A stretch of DNA of 64,000 nucleotides from Faecousia sp. (GTDB taxonomy: Bacteria > Bacillota > Clostridia > Oscillospirales > Oscillospiraceae): positions 1,287-65,286 of the forward strand of contig JAZKZN010000028.1 of assembly GCA_045612705.1 (NCBI GenBank), in the 5' to 3' direction. Each line of letters starts with the position of its first letter. Within the stretch, counting starts at the first letter, position 1. Of this stretch, positions 19,952-29,889 are shown one piece after another. The notes beneath the pieces were generated by a model. The model ran no database searches and was not told the origin of the DNA. It saw only the letters and a program-made list of their open reading frames with translations. The translations under genes were made by a program, and so were the position numbers.

Positions 19952-20060
19952 AGGATACCATCCTTTCACCGGGATATATCCTCTATTCTATTCCATTTTT
20001 TGAGAAAATCAAGAAAAAATATCGCGGAGCGTATCTTTGATACGCCCCGCGGTCTGGTTT

Positions 20061-21248
20061 TTACGGAAGAGCATTCTGGCGCTGCTCTCCCACAGTGACG
20101 GAAAGTTCCAGCGTAGCGCCCTTGCGATAAACGGTAAGGCGGAGGATATCACCCGGAGCGGAGGCAATCACCGCGGCGGACAGGTCGTTGCTGCCGGTGA
20201 TGGGTTTGCCGTCAATGTGGGTGATGATGTCGCTGATCTGCAATCCCGCTGCTGCGGCAGGGGTGTTTTCGCCTACCGCCCGGACGGCTGCGCCCTTAGG
20301 CAGGCCGTAGCTTTGCGTTTCAGCGCTGACAGATACCACGCTGACGCCAATATAGGGCTTGGAAACATAGCCTCGCTCAATGATGCTCTCCGCAATGCTC
20401 CTGGCGCTGTTGATGGGAATGGCAAAGCCAATGTTGTCGATGGAGGCGCCGGAGCCGGAGTTGCCGGAATACTTGGCGTTGGTGATACCAATAACTTCTC
20501 CGTACAGATTAAACAGCGCCCCACCGGAGTTGCCGGAGTTGATAGCGCAGTCCGTCTGCAGCAGGCGCATGGTGGCGCCGTTGGACATAGTGACGGCTCT
20601 GTCCTTGGCGCTGATAGCACCGGAAGAGAGGGAGAAGGTCAGTTCTCCCAGGGGATTGCCGATGGCCACTACACTATCACCCACATTGAGATTATCGGAG
20701 TCACCCAAAATCACCGGCGCAAGACCCTCTGCCTCGACTTTCAGCACGGCCACATCGCTGGCTGCGTCATAACCGATGAGGGCGGCATCATAAGTTGCAC
20801 CGTCATACATGGATACCGTGATAGAGTCAGAGTCCTCTACCACGTGGAAGTTTGTGAGAATATAGCCGTCTTCGGTAAAGACAAAGCCGGAACCTGATGC
20901 GGCTGCGGTGGTCTGATATCCCCAGAAATTGGTGGTAATGGAGGTGGTGATGCCCACTGTGGAGCGGACATTGGAGGCGTAGACCTCAGCGGGGGTCATC
21001 AATTTGCCGGTGTCGATCTGGGTAATTTCCAAAACTGTGCTTTCCCGAATCCCTTCCAGCATGGTTGCGGTGTGGGATTGCCTTTGGATTGGTTGCAGAG
21101 CCAGACAGATGCCCGCCCCCAAAAGACCGCCCAGTATGCTGCAAATCAGGGCAACAGCGATGATGGCTCTGCCACGTTTGGGTTTCTTTTCGGGAAGATA
21201 CGGTTCGGTGAAATCTTCGGGGGATGTATTTTCGTAAGGATCGTTCAT
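20061..21248 (-). CDS. htrA: HtrA/DegP-like serine protease with TM anchor and one PDZ domain
   Basis: GSGF, LTNFHVV, DVAVLK, QTDCAINSGNSGG; C-terminal PDZ; start at MNDPY after AAGGAG. Confidence 0.9.
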   Translation of the reverse strand: MNDPYENTSPEDFTEPYLPEKKPKRGRAIIAVALICSILGGLLGAGICLALQPIQRQSHTATMLEGIRESTVLEITQIDTGKLMTPAEVYASNVRSTVGITTSITTNFWGYQTTAAASGSGFVFTEDGYILTNFHVVEDSDSITVSMYDGATYDAALIGYDAASDVAVLKVEAEGLAPVILGDSDNLNVGDSVVAIGNPLGELTFSLSSGAISAKDRAVTMSNGATMRLLQTDCAINSGNSGGALFNLYGEVIGITNAKYSGNSGSGASIDNIGFAIPINSARSIAESIIERGYVSKPYIGVSVVSVSAETQSYGLPKGAAVRAVGENTPAAAAGLQISDIITHIDGKPITGSNDLSAAVIASAPGDILRLTVYRKGATLELSVTVGEQRQNALP

Positions 21249-21441
21249 AGGGATACTCCTTTGCTCTTTTGTGCATATTTTACCGCAAATGGTAATTTCA
21301 ATGCGGAACAAAAGGGGAATAAACTGTAAATATTTTATTAATATTGCCCTCCAATGAAAAAAAGAATAGCGTTGCGACCACGGGAATGTTATAATGGAAA
21401 AAAAGAGGAGCTTCCTCTGTGAATTGAAAGGAGACATACAT

Positions 21442-22647
21442 ATGGGACTGATAAAAGCAGGTATTGGCGCTCTGGGTGGCACCCTTGCTGACCAGTGGAA
21501 GGAGTTTTTCTACTGCGATGCTATGGATAAGAACGTACTGGCCGTGAAGGGCGCAAAGCGGGTCTCCGGCCGTTCCTCCAACACAAAGGGACACGATAAT
21601 GTCATTTCGTCTGGCTCCGGTATCGCGGTGGCTGACGGCCAATGTATGATGATCGTGGAACAGGGCAAGGTGGTGGAAGTCTGCGCCGAACCCGGTGAGT
21701 ACACCTACGACGCCTCCACAGAACCCAGCATTTTCGCAGGCAATCTAGGCGAGAGCATTCTGGCAACCTTTAAGACTGTTGGCAAGCGCTTCACCTACGG
21801 CGGCGACACCGGCAAAGACCAGCGGGTGTACTACTTTAACACCAAAGAACTGCTGGATAACAAGTTTGGCACGCCAAATCCCGTACCCTTCCGGGTGGTG
21901 GATTCCAAGATTGGCCTGGATATTGATGTGTCCCTGCGCTGCAGCGGCGTGTATTCTTATAAATTGCAGAATCCTCTGCTGTTCTATACCAATGTTTGCG
22001 GCAATTTTGCAGATTGCTATACCCGCAGTGAGCTGGAAGGCCAGCTGAAGACCGAGTTTATCAGCGCTCTGCAGCCTGCCCTTGCCAAACTGTCTGCAAA
22101 AGAACTGCGGCCCAGCGAGATCATTGCCCACAATACCGATTTGGAACAGGCAATGAATGAAGCGCTGTCTGCGAAGTGGGCCGAACTGCGGGGCATTACC
22201 GTGGTCAGTGTAGCCATGGGTTCTGTGACTCTGCCCGACGAGGATGCAGAGATGATCAAGCAGGCTCAGCGCACGGCTATTATGCGGGATCCCACCATGG
22301 CGGCGGCTACTCTGGTGGGCGCGCAGGCAGACGCAATGAAGGCGGCGGCCTCCAACTCCGCCGGCGCTATGACCGGTTTTATGGGTATGGGTATGGCTAT
22401 GAATCAGGGTGGCGTCAATGCGCAGAATCTCTTCGCTATGGGCCAGCAGGCGCAGCCGGCAGCGCCCAGCGGCGGCTGGACTTGCAGCTGCGGCAGCGTG
22501 AATACCGGTAAGTTCTGCTCCGAATGTGGAAAAAAACGAGCTATTTACAAGTGTGACAAGTGCGGTTTCCAGCCCGCAGACCCCTTCAATCCTCCCAAGT
22601 TTTGTCCCGAGTGCGGCGATAAGTTCACGGAAGAGGACGCTCGATAA
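21442..22647 (+). CDS. SPFH/band-7 domain protein with C-terminal double zinc ribbon (YdjI-like)
   Basis: SPFH-like core, GMGM repeat, CSCG/FCSECG/CDKCG/FCPECG. Confidence 0.8.
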   Translation: MGLIKAGIGALGGTLADQWKEFFYCDAMDKNVLAVKGAKRVSGRSSNTKGHDNVISSGSGIAVADGQCMMIVEQGKVVEVCAEPGEYTYDASTEPSIFAGNLGESILATFKTVGKRFTYGGDTGKDQRVYYFNTKELLDNKFGTPNPVPFRVVDSKIGLDIDVSLRCSGVYSYKLQNPLLFYTNVCGNFADCYTRSELEGQLKTEFISALQPALAKLSAKELRPSEIIAHNTDLEQAMNEALSAKWAELRGITVVSVAMGSVTLPDEDAEMIKQAQRTAIMRDPTMAAATLVGAQADAMKAAASNSAGAMTGFMGMGMAMNQGGVNAQNLFAMGQQAQPAAPSGGWTCSCGSVNTGKFCSECGKKRAIYKCDKCGFQPADPFNPPKFCPECGDKFTEEDAR

Positions 22648-22665
22648 GCTATAAGGAGGTATCCT

Positions 22666-23751
22666 ATGGCCACATTATTGGAGTACAAATGCCCGAATTG
22701 CGGCGGCGCTCTGAGCTTTGACAGTGATACTCAGAAAATGAACTGCCCCTACTGCGACTCCGAATTGGAAGTGGCGGCCTTGCGGGAACTTGACGAGGCG
22801 CTGAATGAGCCCCAAGAGGATCGTATGGAATGGGACACCCAGCCGGAAAGCCAGTGGGATGAGGGGGAGCAGGAGCAATTTTGCAGCTATGTATGCCAAT
22901 CCTGCGGCGGTGAGCTGATCTGTGATGAGAATACCGCGGCAACGGCTTGCCCCTATTGCGACAATCCTGTGGTACTGTCAGGCCGCTTGTCCGGCAGTTT
23001 GCGGCCTGACCTGGTAATCCCATTTCAGCTGGACAAGAAAGCAGCCGAGCAGACGCTAATCAGGCATATGAGCAAAAAAGCGTTGCTGCCTAAGGCGTTC
23101 AAGGACGAAAACCATATCCAGGAGATCAAAGGCATCTATGTGCCTTTCTGGCTTTTTGATGGGGATGCCAAGGGCGATGTGCGCTACCGGGCTACACGGG
23201 TACGCACCTGGAGCGATGCCAATTATTACTATACAAGAACCAGCCACTACAGCGTCCGCCGGGCAGGGACCCTTGGTTTTTCTGGCGTACCTGTGGACGG
23301 CTCTACCAAAATGCCGGACGATCTGATGGAGTCCATCGAGCCCTTCGACCTTTCCAAAGGCGTGGATTTTCAGACGGCATACCTGGCCGGCTATCTGGCA
23401 GATAAATATGATATCTCTGCCGAGGACAGTAAACCCCGGGCCAATGACCGGATCAAAACCAGCACCTGTGACGCGCTGGCGAATACAGTGGTGGGCTATA
23501 CCAGTGTTGTTCCCGTCAGCAGCGCAGTGCAGCTGGAAAAGGGACGGGTGCGGTATGCCCTTTATCCGGTTTGGATTTTGCACACCCGCTATCGGGACCG
23601 GAATTACCGGTTCGCTATGAATGGACAGACCGGTAAGTTTGTGGGCAATCTTCCCATTGATTGGGGGAGGTTCTTCGCATACTTGGGCGCGATTACTGTC
23701 GGTGTCGGCCTGCTTGCCTGGGCGGCTGCCAAGCTTTTGGGGATCGTGTAG
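22666..23751 (+). CDS. Zinc-ribbon membrane protein (YdjG-like)
   Basis: Four CxxC pairs, YVPFWLF, PVW, MNGQTGK, C-terminal TM helix. Confidence 0.75.
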   Translation: MATLLEYKCPNCGGALSFDSDTQKMNCPYCDSELEVAALRELDEALNEPQEDRMEWDTQPESQWDEGEQEQFCSYVCQSCGGELICDENTAATACPYCDNPVVLSGRLSGSLRPDLVIPFQLDKKAAEQTLIRHMSKKALLPKAFKDENHIQEIKGIYVPFWLFDGDAKGDVRYRATRVRTWSDANYYYTRTSHYSVRRAGTLGFSGVPVDGSTKMPDDLMESIEPFDLSKGVDFQTAYLAGYLADKYDISAEDSKPRANDRIKTSTCDALANTVVGYTSVVPVSSAVQLEKGRVRYALYPVWILHTRYRDRNYRFAMNGQTGKFVGNLPIDWGRFFAYLGAITVGVGLLAWAAAKLLGIV

Positions 23752-23761
23752 GAGGTGCGGT

Positions 23762-24520
23762 ATGAAGAAATTACTGATGATTTTTCTTCTTGTCCTGTTG
23801 GTGCTTCCTGTCTGTGCGGAAACGCCTATGGTGGTGGATGAAGCGGATCTTCTGCTCCCTCAAGAGGAGCAGTATCTGACGGAGCAGTTGGAGTTGACCC
23901 GGGAGCAGTTGGGGATCGATGTGGCGGTCCTCACTGTAGAGACAATCAACGGTCAACCGGTCGGCACTTACGCTGATGACTACTATGACTACAACGGCTA
24001 CAATCCTGACGGCGTATTGCTATTGCTGGTAATGGAGAGCCGCCAGTGGTACATTTCCACAGCTGGCAGCTGTATGGCGCCCATTGATGCTGAAACCGTC
24101 GGCGATGTGATTGTGCCGTACCTTAGTCAGGGGAATTACTACGAGGCGTTCTCTTTGTTCGGCAAAATGGTGCACGAAACAATGCTCCAACCGGAAGCAG
24201 ATGGAGAATATGTGACAGATGAATACGGAAATGTTTCCCTTCGTCCTCATCAGCGCAACTGGTATGAGGGCTTGGGCATCTGCCTGCTGATCGGTCTTGG
24301 GGTGGGAGGCATTACCGTAGGCGTGATGGCATCCGGTATGAAGACCGTGCGTTCCAAGACCGGCGCGGCTGACTATGTGAAGCCAGGAAGTCTGGAGCTA
24401 TCCGTGACACAGGATATCTACCTGTACCAGACGGTCACCCGGCGGGCCAAACCGAAAAACACCGGTACTCACACCGGTTCCTCCGGACGCAGCCACGGCG
24501 GTGGAGGCGGCAGATTCTGA
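23762..24520 (+). CDS. TPM domain protein (YdjH-like)
   Basis: Signal peptide, VVDEADLL, YADDYYD, GVLLLL, TM helix, Gly-rich tail SGRSHGGGGGRF. Confidence 0.82.
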   Translation: MKKLLMIFLLVLLVLPVCAETPMVVDEADLLLPQEEQYLTEQLELTREQLGIDVAVLTVETINGQPVGTYADDYYDYNGYNPDGVLLLLVMESRQWYISTAGSCMAPIDAETVGDVIVPYLSQGNYYEAFSLFGKMVHETMLQPEADGEYVTDEYGNVSLRPHQRNWYEGLGICLLIGLGVGGITVGVMASGMKTVRSKTGAADYVKPGSLELSVTQDIYLYQTVTRRAKPKNTGTHTGSSGRSHGGGGGRF

Positions 24521-24524
24521 TACT

Positions 24525-24552
24525 ACACCCCGGATTTACCCGGGGTGTTTTT
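24525..24552 (+). terminator. Intrinsic terminator
   Basis: acaccccgg-atttac-ccggggtgt followed by a T-run. Confidence 0.8.
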
Positions 24553-24617
24553 CGGTGGGAGAAAAATGTGTGCCACCGCTTGACAAACTATGGCTTTCCG
24601 TGCTACAATACCCCAAA

Positions 24618-24880
24618 CCGATGAGGAAGAGTGAGTAGGCGTTGTACCCCTTTCTTTCAGAGAGCTGCGGATGGTGGAATCGCGGCAGAAAGCGCAGGGC
24701 CGAATGGACTTCCGAGGGCAATCAGAATGGGGTGACCTTAGTATGTGCGCCGGAGTGACCCTCCGTGATCAAAGGCCAGCATATTTTTGTATGCGTAAAA
24801 GTGGGCGCAAACGCGTCAAGCCGGGTGGCACCGCAGGATTATTGTCCTGTCCCAGCATAGAACTGGGGCAGGTTTTTTGT
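24618..24880 (+). promoter_or_regulatory. T-box riboswitch with Trp (UGG) specifier
   Basis: Stem I AGAGA and GGTGGAA motifs; specifier gaaTGGact at 24705-24707; T-box AAGCCGGGTGGCACCGC at 24818-24834; terminator cctgtcccag...ctggggcagg plus T-run; upstream promoter TTGACA(24580)...TGcTACAAT. Confidence 0.9.
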
Positions 24881-24915
24881 TTTTAGCCCCAATCTTTAGA
24901 AAAGGAGAAGGTATC

Positions 24916-26289
24916 ATGGAAAAGAAACAAATCCCCTACAAGATCTATCTGGAAGAAAGCGAGATGCCCAAATACTGGTACAATCTCCGGGCAGATATGG
25001 TGAATAAGCCTGCGCCGCTTCTTGATCCCAAGACCCGCAAGCCTATGACGGCAGAGGACTTGTCCAATGTGTTCTGCGACGCCTTAGTGCGGCAGGAACT
25101 GGACGACACCACGCCTTATTTTGAGATCCCCGAGGAGATTCTGAGCTTTTATAAGATGTACCGCCCGGCGCCTCTGGTGCGCGCTTATTGCCTGGAGGAA
25201 AAGCCCCAGACGCCGGCAAAGATCTACTATAAGTTTGAAGGCAATAATACCAGCGGCAGCCACAAGCTGAACTCCGCCATTGCCCAGGCCTACTATGCGA
25301 AAAAGCAGGGTCTGAAAGGCGTGACCACAGAGACCGGCGCCGGCCAGTGGGGCACCGCCCTTTCTATGGCCTGCGCATATCTGGGTCTTGACTGCAAGGT
25401 GTATATGGTGAAGGTGTCTTATGAGCAGAAGCCCTTCCGCCGGGAGGTTATGCGTACCTACGGCGCATCGGTCACTCCCAGCCCCTCCATGGAGACGGAG
25501 GTGGGCAAGAAGATCCTTGCCGAACACCCCGGCACCACCGGAAGTTTGGGCTGTGCCATCTCCGAGGCAGTGGAAAAAGCTACCAGCCTGCCCGGCTACC
25601 GCTATGTGCTTGGCAGTGTGCTGAATCAGGTGATGCTTCACCAGACGGTGATTGGCCTGGAGACAAAGACCGCTATGGATAAGTACGGCATTAAGCCGGA
25701 TATCATCATCGGCTGCGCCGGCGGCGGCTCCAACCTGGGCGGTCTGATCGCTCCCTTTATGGGTGAGAAGATCAAGGGAGAGGCTGATTACCGGATCATC
25801 GCCGTAGAGCCGGCTACCTGTCCCAGCTTCACCAGAGGCCAGTACGCCTATGACTACTGCGACACCGGTATGGTATGTCCTCTGTCTAAGATGTACACCC
25901 TGGGCAGCGGCTTTATTCCTGCCGGCACCCATTCCGGCGGCCTGCGGTATCACGGCATGAACTCCACACTCTCTCAGCTGTATGCTGATGGTCTGATGGA
26001 AGCCATCAGTGTTCCCCAGACAGAGGTGTTCGCAGCTGCAGAGGAGTTTGCCCGGGTGGAAGGCATTCTGCCTGCGCCTGAAAGCTCCCACGCCATTAAG
26101 GTGGCCATTGACGAGGCGCTGAAGTGCAAAGAAACCGGGGAAGAGAAAACGATTCTCTTTGGTCTGACCGGCACGGGCTACTTTGATATGATGGCCTATG
26201 AAAAGTTCCACGACGGCAAAATGGTGGACTATGTTCCTACCGATGAGGAACTGGCAAAAGGCTTCAGCTACCTGCCCAATATGGATTAA
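24916..26289 (+). CDS. trpB2: Stand-alone tryptophan synthase beta type 2 (TrpB2)
   Basis: GSHKLNSAIAQ, TTETGAGQWG, GGGSNLGG, GGLRYHG, PAPESSHA; Trp T-box upstream. Confidence 0.92.
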   Translation: MEKKQIPYKIYLEESEMPKYWYNLRADMVNKPAPLLDPKTRKPMTAEDLSNVFCDALVRQELDDTTPYFEIPEEILSFYKMYRPAPLVRAYCLEEKPQTPAKIYYKFEGNNTSGSHKLNSAIAQAYYAKKQGLKGVTTETGAGQWGTALSMACAYLGLDCKVYMVKVSYEQKPFRREVMRTYGASVTPSPSMETEVGKKILAEHPGTTGSLGCAISEAVEKATSLPGYRYVLGSVLNQVMLHQTVIGLETKTAMDKYGIKPDIIIGCAGGGSNLGGLIAPFMGEKIKGEADYRIIAVEPATCPSFTRGQYAYDYCDTGMVCPLSKMYTLGSGFIPAGTHSGGLRYHGMNSTLSQLYADGLMEAISVPQTEVFAAAEEFARVEGILPAPESSHAIKVAIDEALKCKETGEEKTILFGLTGTGYFDMMAYEKFHDGKMVDYVPTDEELAKGFSYLPNMD

Positions 26290-26292
26290 CAG

Positions 26293-26320
26293 AAGGCGTC
26301 CCGCAAGGGACGCCTTTATT
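26293..26320 (+). terminator. Intrinsic terminator
   Basis: aaggcgtccc-gcaa-gggacgcctt. Confidence 0.8.
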
Positions 26321-26326
26321 TTGTGC

Positions 26327-26381
26327 TTGACATAGGAGCCGTCGTTGTGTATACTAACTGTACTAGTACAGTTAGTACGGT
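26327..26381 (+). promoter_or_regulatory. sigmaA promoter with overlapping YtrA-type operator palindrome
   Basis: TTGACA-N17-TATACT; perfect 26-bp palindrome tactaactgtactagtacagttagta at 26352-26377. Confidence 0.8.
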
Positions 26382-26406
26382 TCATACAGATAAGGAGGAG
26401 ATGCGC

Positions 26407-26772
26407 TTGGTACAACTGGATTATCGGGACGCAAGGCCTATTTACACCCAGATTACCGACAACTTCCGCAGCCAGATCCGCACCGGTATTTTAAAGGAGG
26501 GGGATAAGCTTCCCAGCGTCCGGGAACTGGCCAGCCAGCTTGCCATCAATCCGAACACCATCCAGCGAGCCTATCGGGAGCTGGAGGCAGAGGGCTGGAT
26601 TGCTACAGTGTCCGGCAAGGGCTGCTTCGTCTGCGGAGCGCAGAAAGGCGATGCAGATATGGCGCCGTTGTGGCGGGAACTGGATGCTGCCGTGGCAGGC
26701 CTTACACAAGCCGGTGTCTCCCGGCAGGCACTGCTGCAATATTTAAAACAAGGAGGGGAAAACGATGCTTAA
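26407..26772 (+). CDS. GntR family regulator, YtrA subfamily
   Basis: PIYTQI, LPSVRELA, INPNTIQRAYRELE; short C-terminal domain. Confidence 0.9.
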   Translation: MVQLDYRDARPIYTQITDNFRSQIRTGILKEGDKLPSVRELASQLAINPNTIQRAYRELEAEGWIATVSGKGCFVCGAQKGDADMAPLWRELDAAVAGLTQAGVSRQALLQYLKQGGENDA

Positions 26773-27646
26773 GATGGAAAAGGTGACAAAGACCTTCGGA
26801 GAGTTCACCGCCCTGAAGGAATTGTCCATGAACGTACCTAAGGGCGCTGTGTATGGCCTTGTCGGCCCCAACGGCGCAGGTAAGTCTACGGCAATTCGCC
26901 TGCTCACGGGTGTGTATCGCCCCGATAGCGGCCATATCACTTTGGATGGGCAGAATGTGTACGAAAATCCCGCGGCCAAGGCGCGGATCTGCTACATCCC
27001 CGACGATATTTTCTATTTTCCCTCTGCCTCTTTGGAGGAGATGCGGAAATACTACAAGGGCTTCTACCCCGATTTCGACGATGTCCTGTTTGAACGGCTC
27101 AGCGATGTGTTTCAGTTGCCCAGGAAATCCCAAATCCGCCGGTTTTCCAAGGGCATGCAGAAGCAGGCGGCATTCCACCTGAGCATTTGCACCCGTCCGG
27201 ATGTGCTGATCCTGGATGAGCCGGTGGACGGCCTTGATCCGGTGATGCGTCGGCAGGTGTGGAGCTTGATTTTGTCCGATGTGGCCCAGCGGGAGACCAC
27301 CGTCCTCATCTCCTCCCACAACCTGCGGGAGCTGGAGGATATCTGCGACCATGTGGGCATTATGGATAAGGGTCAGATGCTGCTGGAGCGGAGTCTGGAG
27401 TCTATGCAGGGCAATACGGTGAAACTACAGATCGTGGGTGATGTGCCGCAGGATCTGGAAGTGCTCCATTCCTCAGAAACCGGCAGACTGAATACCCTGG
27501 TGATCCGGGGCACTCAGGAGGAGGTCAGGGCGAAGGCTGCTGCCACAAACCCTGTGTACTTTGATGTGCTGCCCCTGTCTCTGGAAGAGATCTTTATTTA
27601 CGAACTGGGAGGTGTGGACTATGAAGTCAAGAACATCCTTCTTTAA
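26765..27646 (+). CDS. ABC transporter ATP-binding protein (YtrB-like)
   Basis: GPNGAGKST, FSKGM, LDEPVDGLD, SSHNL, SLEEIF. Confidence 0.9.
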   Translation: MLKMEKVTKTFGEFTALKELSMNVPKGAVYGLVGPNGAGKSTAIRLLTGVYRPDSGHITLDGQNVYENPAAKARICYIPDDIFYFPSASLEEMRKYYKGFYPDFDDVLFERLSDVFQLPRKSQIRRFSKGMQKQAAFHLSICTRPDVLILDEPVDGLDPVMRRQVWSLILSDVAQRETTVLISSHNLRELEDICDHVGIMDKGQMLLERSLESMQGNTVKLQIVGDVPQDLEVLHSSETGRLNTLVIRGTQEEVRAKAAATNPVYFDVLPLSLEEIFIYELGGVDYEVKNILL

Positions 27647-29369
27647 CCCCACGGCCTTTAAAAAGACCATCACCCGGTTTGCGCCGGTGTGGGTGCTGTA
27701 TACGGTGTTCCTGCTGCTGGTGCTTTTCGGCATCCAGAGTCAAAAGTCGTACTATATGGCCAGAGATATCATCGAACTGATGAATGTAACCTGCTGGGGC
27801 AATCTGATTTATGCAGCTATCGTCGCGCTGTATCTGTTTGGCGATCTGTATAACGGACGGCTGTGCAACGCGCTGCACGCATTTCCTACCCGCCGGGAGG
27901 GCTGGCTGACGATCCAGATCGTTGCGGGCATTCTGTTCAGCCTTGTACCCAACTTGCTGCTGACGGTGATCACCGGTCTGCAGTTGGGAGAGTATAGCTA
28001 TATTGTGTGGATCTGGCTGGCAGTGGCAATGCTGCAGTATCTGTTCTTCTTTGGAACGGCGACCCTTAGCGCATTGTGCGCAGGAAACCGGCTGGGCATG
28101 GTGGCCAACTACGGCATTCTCCACTTCATTGTGGTGCTGCTGCTGGTTTTGGCAAAATTGCTCTACGAGCCTTTGCTGTATGGTGTGGAAATATCCGAGC
28201 AGGCTTTCTATCAGGCATTCCCTCTGTATCAGATGATGGAACTGGGATATGTAAACAAGGGATATGCCAGTGAAATGACGCAGATCATTTACATGGGTCT
28301 TAACGCGGACGGATGGAGACACCTGACTATCTGCGTGGCGGTGGGCATTGGATGTATGCTCCTTTCTGTGCTGGTGTATCGCCGCAGACATTTGGAGCGA
28401 GCCGGTGATTTCATCACCGTCAAACCCATTGAGCCGGTGTTCCTGGTGATCTACACGGTGGCTATGGGCGCGGTATTTTATGCATTCTCCGAAGTCATTG
28501 GAACGCCCAGCTATCTTCTGATGGCGCTGGGTCTTGCCGTTGGATTCTTTACCGGAAAAATGCTGTTGGGCCGTACGCTGCGGGTGTTTGGTAAAAAATC
28601 TGTTGCCGCCTTCGCCCTGCTGCTGGCGGTGATCGCGGGCAGCCTGGTACTGACTAAGCTGGACATCTTCGGCATCACCCGGTATGTACCGGAGGCAGAT
28701 CAGGTGGAGAGCGCTGCCATTTACGGCACGGACAGAATCAGTGTCTACAGGGATAATAACGGTTATGAGCGCTTTGAGATCACTGACCGGGAGGAGCTGC
28801 TGCAGCTGCAGGATCTCCACGGAGATTTGGTCAAGGCAGGACCTGTCCCGCAGAACGAGTATTCCTGTAAAGTGATGGTGCAGTATTGGCTGAAAGACGG
28901 TACATCTATTAAGCGCACCTACTGGGTGGATACCCGCAGTTCCGAGGGACAGGGCGTTAAGAGATGGCTCAGCGATGCCCGGTATATTTTCCAGCTGAAT
29001 GATCCTCAAATGTTGTACGATCTTTTTGAAAGATTCTATGTCAACTGGTCGGCAGACAAATACGGTGAGTATATGGACGGCACGACCGAAACGGATTCGT
29101 CGAATAAAGAGCAGCTGGATGGTCTGCTGGACGCCATCCTTGCCGACTGTGCCGCAGGCAATATGGCCCAGGAATGGGCATTCCATTTGAAGTCGGACTA
29201 CAATGAATATTCTGTCGAAACTTACCAGGTGGAACTGCTGGCTGATGAGGCCGCCTATGACAATCTCCTCTACGACACCTATCGATTCCGGTATGTGGCG
29301 ATTTGGCGTGACTCGGTCAATACCAATGCTTATCTTGACGGACTGTTTCAAGAATTGAACAACAAATAA
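27621..29369 (+). CDS. ABC transporter permease with C-terminal soluble domain
   Basis: About 10 TM segments, overlaps the ATPase stop, GGAGG RBS. Confidence 0.75.
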   Translation: MKSRTSFFNPTAFKKTITRFAPVWVLYTVFLLLVLFGIQSQKSYYMARDIIELMNVTCWGNLIYAAIVALYLFGDLYNGRLCNALHAFPTRREGWLTIQIVAGILFSLVPNLLLTVITGLQLGEYSYIVWIWLAVAMLQYLFFFGTATLSALCAGNRLGMVANYGILHFIVVLLLVLAKLLYEPLLYGVEISEQAFYQAFPLYQMMELGYVNKGYASEMTQIIYMGLNADGWRHLTICVAVGIGCMLLSVLVYRRRHLERAGDFITVKPIEPVFLVIYTVAMGAVFYAFSEVIGTPSYLLMALGLAVGFFTGKMLLGRTLRVFGKKSVAAFALLLAVIAGSLVLTKLDIFGITRYVPEADQVESAAIYGTDRISVYRDNNGYERFEITDREELLQLQDLHGDLVKAGPVPQNEYSCKVMVQYWLKDGTSIKRTYWVDTRSSEGQGVKRWLSDARYIFQLNDPQMLYDLFERFYVNWSADKYGEYMDGTTETDSSNKEQLDGLLDAILADCAAGNMAQEWAFHLKSDYNEYSVETYQVELLADEAAYDNLLYDTYRFRYVAIWRDSVNTNAYLDGLFQELNNK

Positions 29370-29373
29370 AAAG

Positions 29374-29397
29374 AACCCCCGGGTTTACCCGGGGGTT
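29374..29397. terminator. Bidirectional terminator
   Basis: aacccccggg-ttta-cccgggggtt. Confidence 0.8.
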
Positions 29398-29401
29398 TCC
29401 T

Positions 29402-29881
29402 TTATATCCGTTTGTACAGACACATTTCATACTTGATCCCATTTTCCTCTCCGGAGAGGAGGATCTCCTCCAGCTTCCACTGGGGATCTTGGTCGAGGTT
29501 GGGGAAAAAGGTGTCCGATGGAGGGCAGGCGTGAACTTTGGTCACATAGGCAGTGTCACAGTAGGGGAGCATTTGCCGGTAGATACTGCCGCCTCCGATG
29601 ACCATAGCCCGCTGGGAGGTTTCAGCAAGGGCAACTGCCTCCTCCGGACTGTGACACACCACCACGCCGTCAATGGAGGTATCCTGCCGGGTCAATACCA
29701 CATTCACCCGGTTGGGCAGGGGGCGGCCGCCGGGAAAGTCCGCGAGGGTCTTCCTGCCCACAATCACCATTGCCCCTTTGGTGGTCTCCCGGAAGAACTT
29801 CCGGTCGACGGACAAGGCTACCGGCTGAGTGCCGCAGCAGCCGATGCCCCAGTCGTCATATACAGCAACGATCAGCTCCAT
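29402..29881 (-). CDS. folA: Dihydrofolate reductase
   Basis: VIVGRKT, PLPNRVNVVLT, VIGGGSIY, DTFFP. Confidence 0.93.
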   Translation of the reverse strand: MELIVAVYDDWGIGCCGTQPVALSVDRKFFRETTKGAMVIVGRKTLADFPGGRPLPNRVNVVLTRQDTSIDGVVVCHSPEEAVALAETSQRAMVIGGGSIYRQMLPYCDTAYVTKVHACPPSDTFFPNLDQDPQWKLEEILLSGEENGIKYEMCLYKRI

Positions 29882-29889
29882 AGCGTACC

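Noticed and set aside
21394-21482. Apparent head-to-head overlap of the htrA and SPFH ORFs
   Set aside because: Artefact of longest-ORF start calls; RBS-supported starts at 21248 and 21442 remove the overlap.
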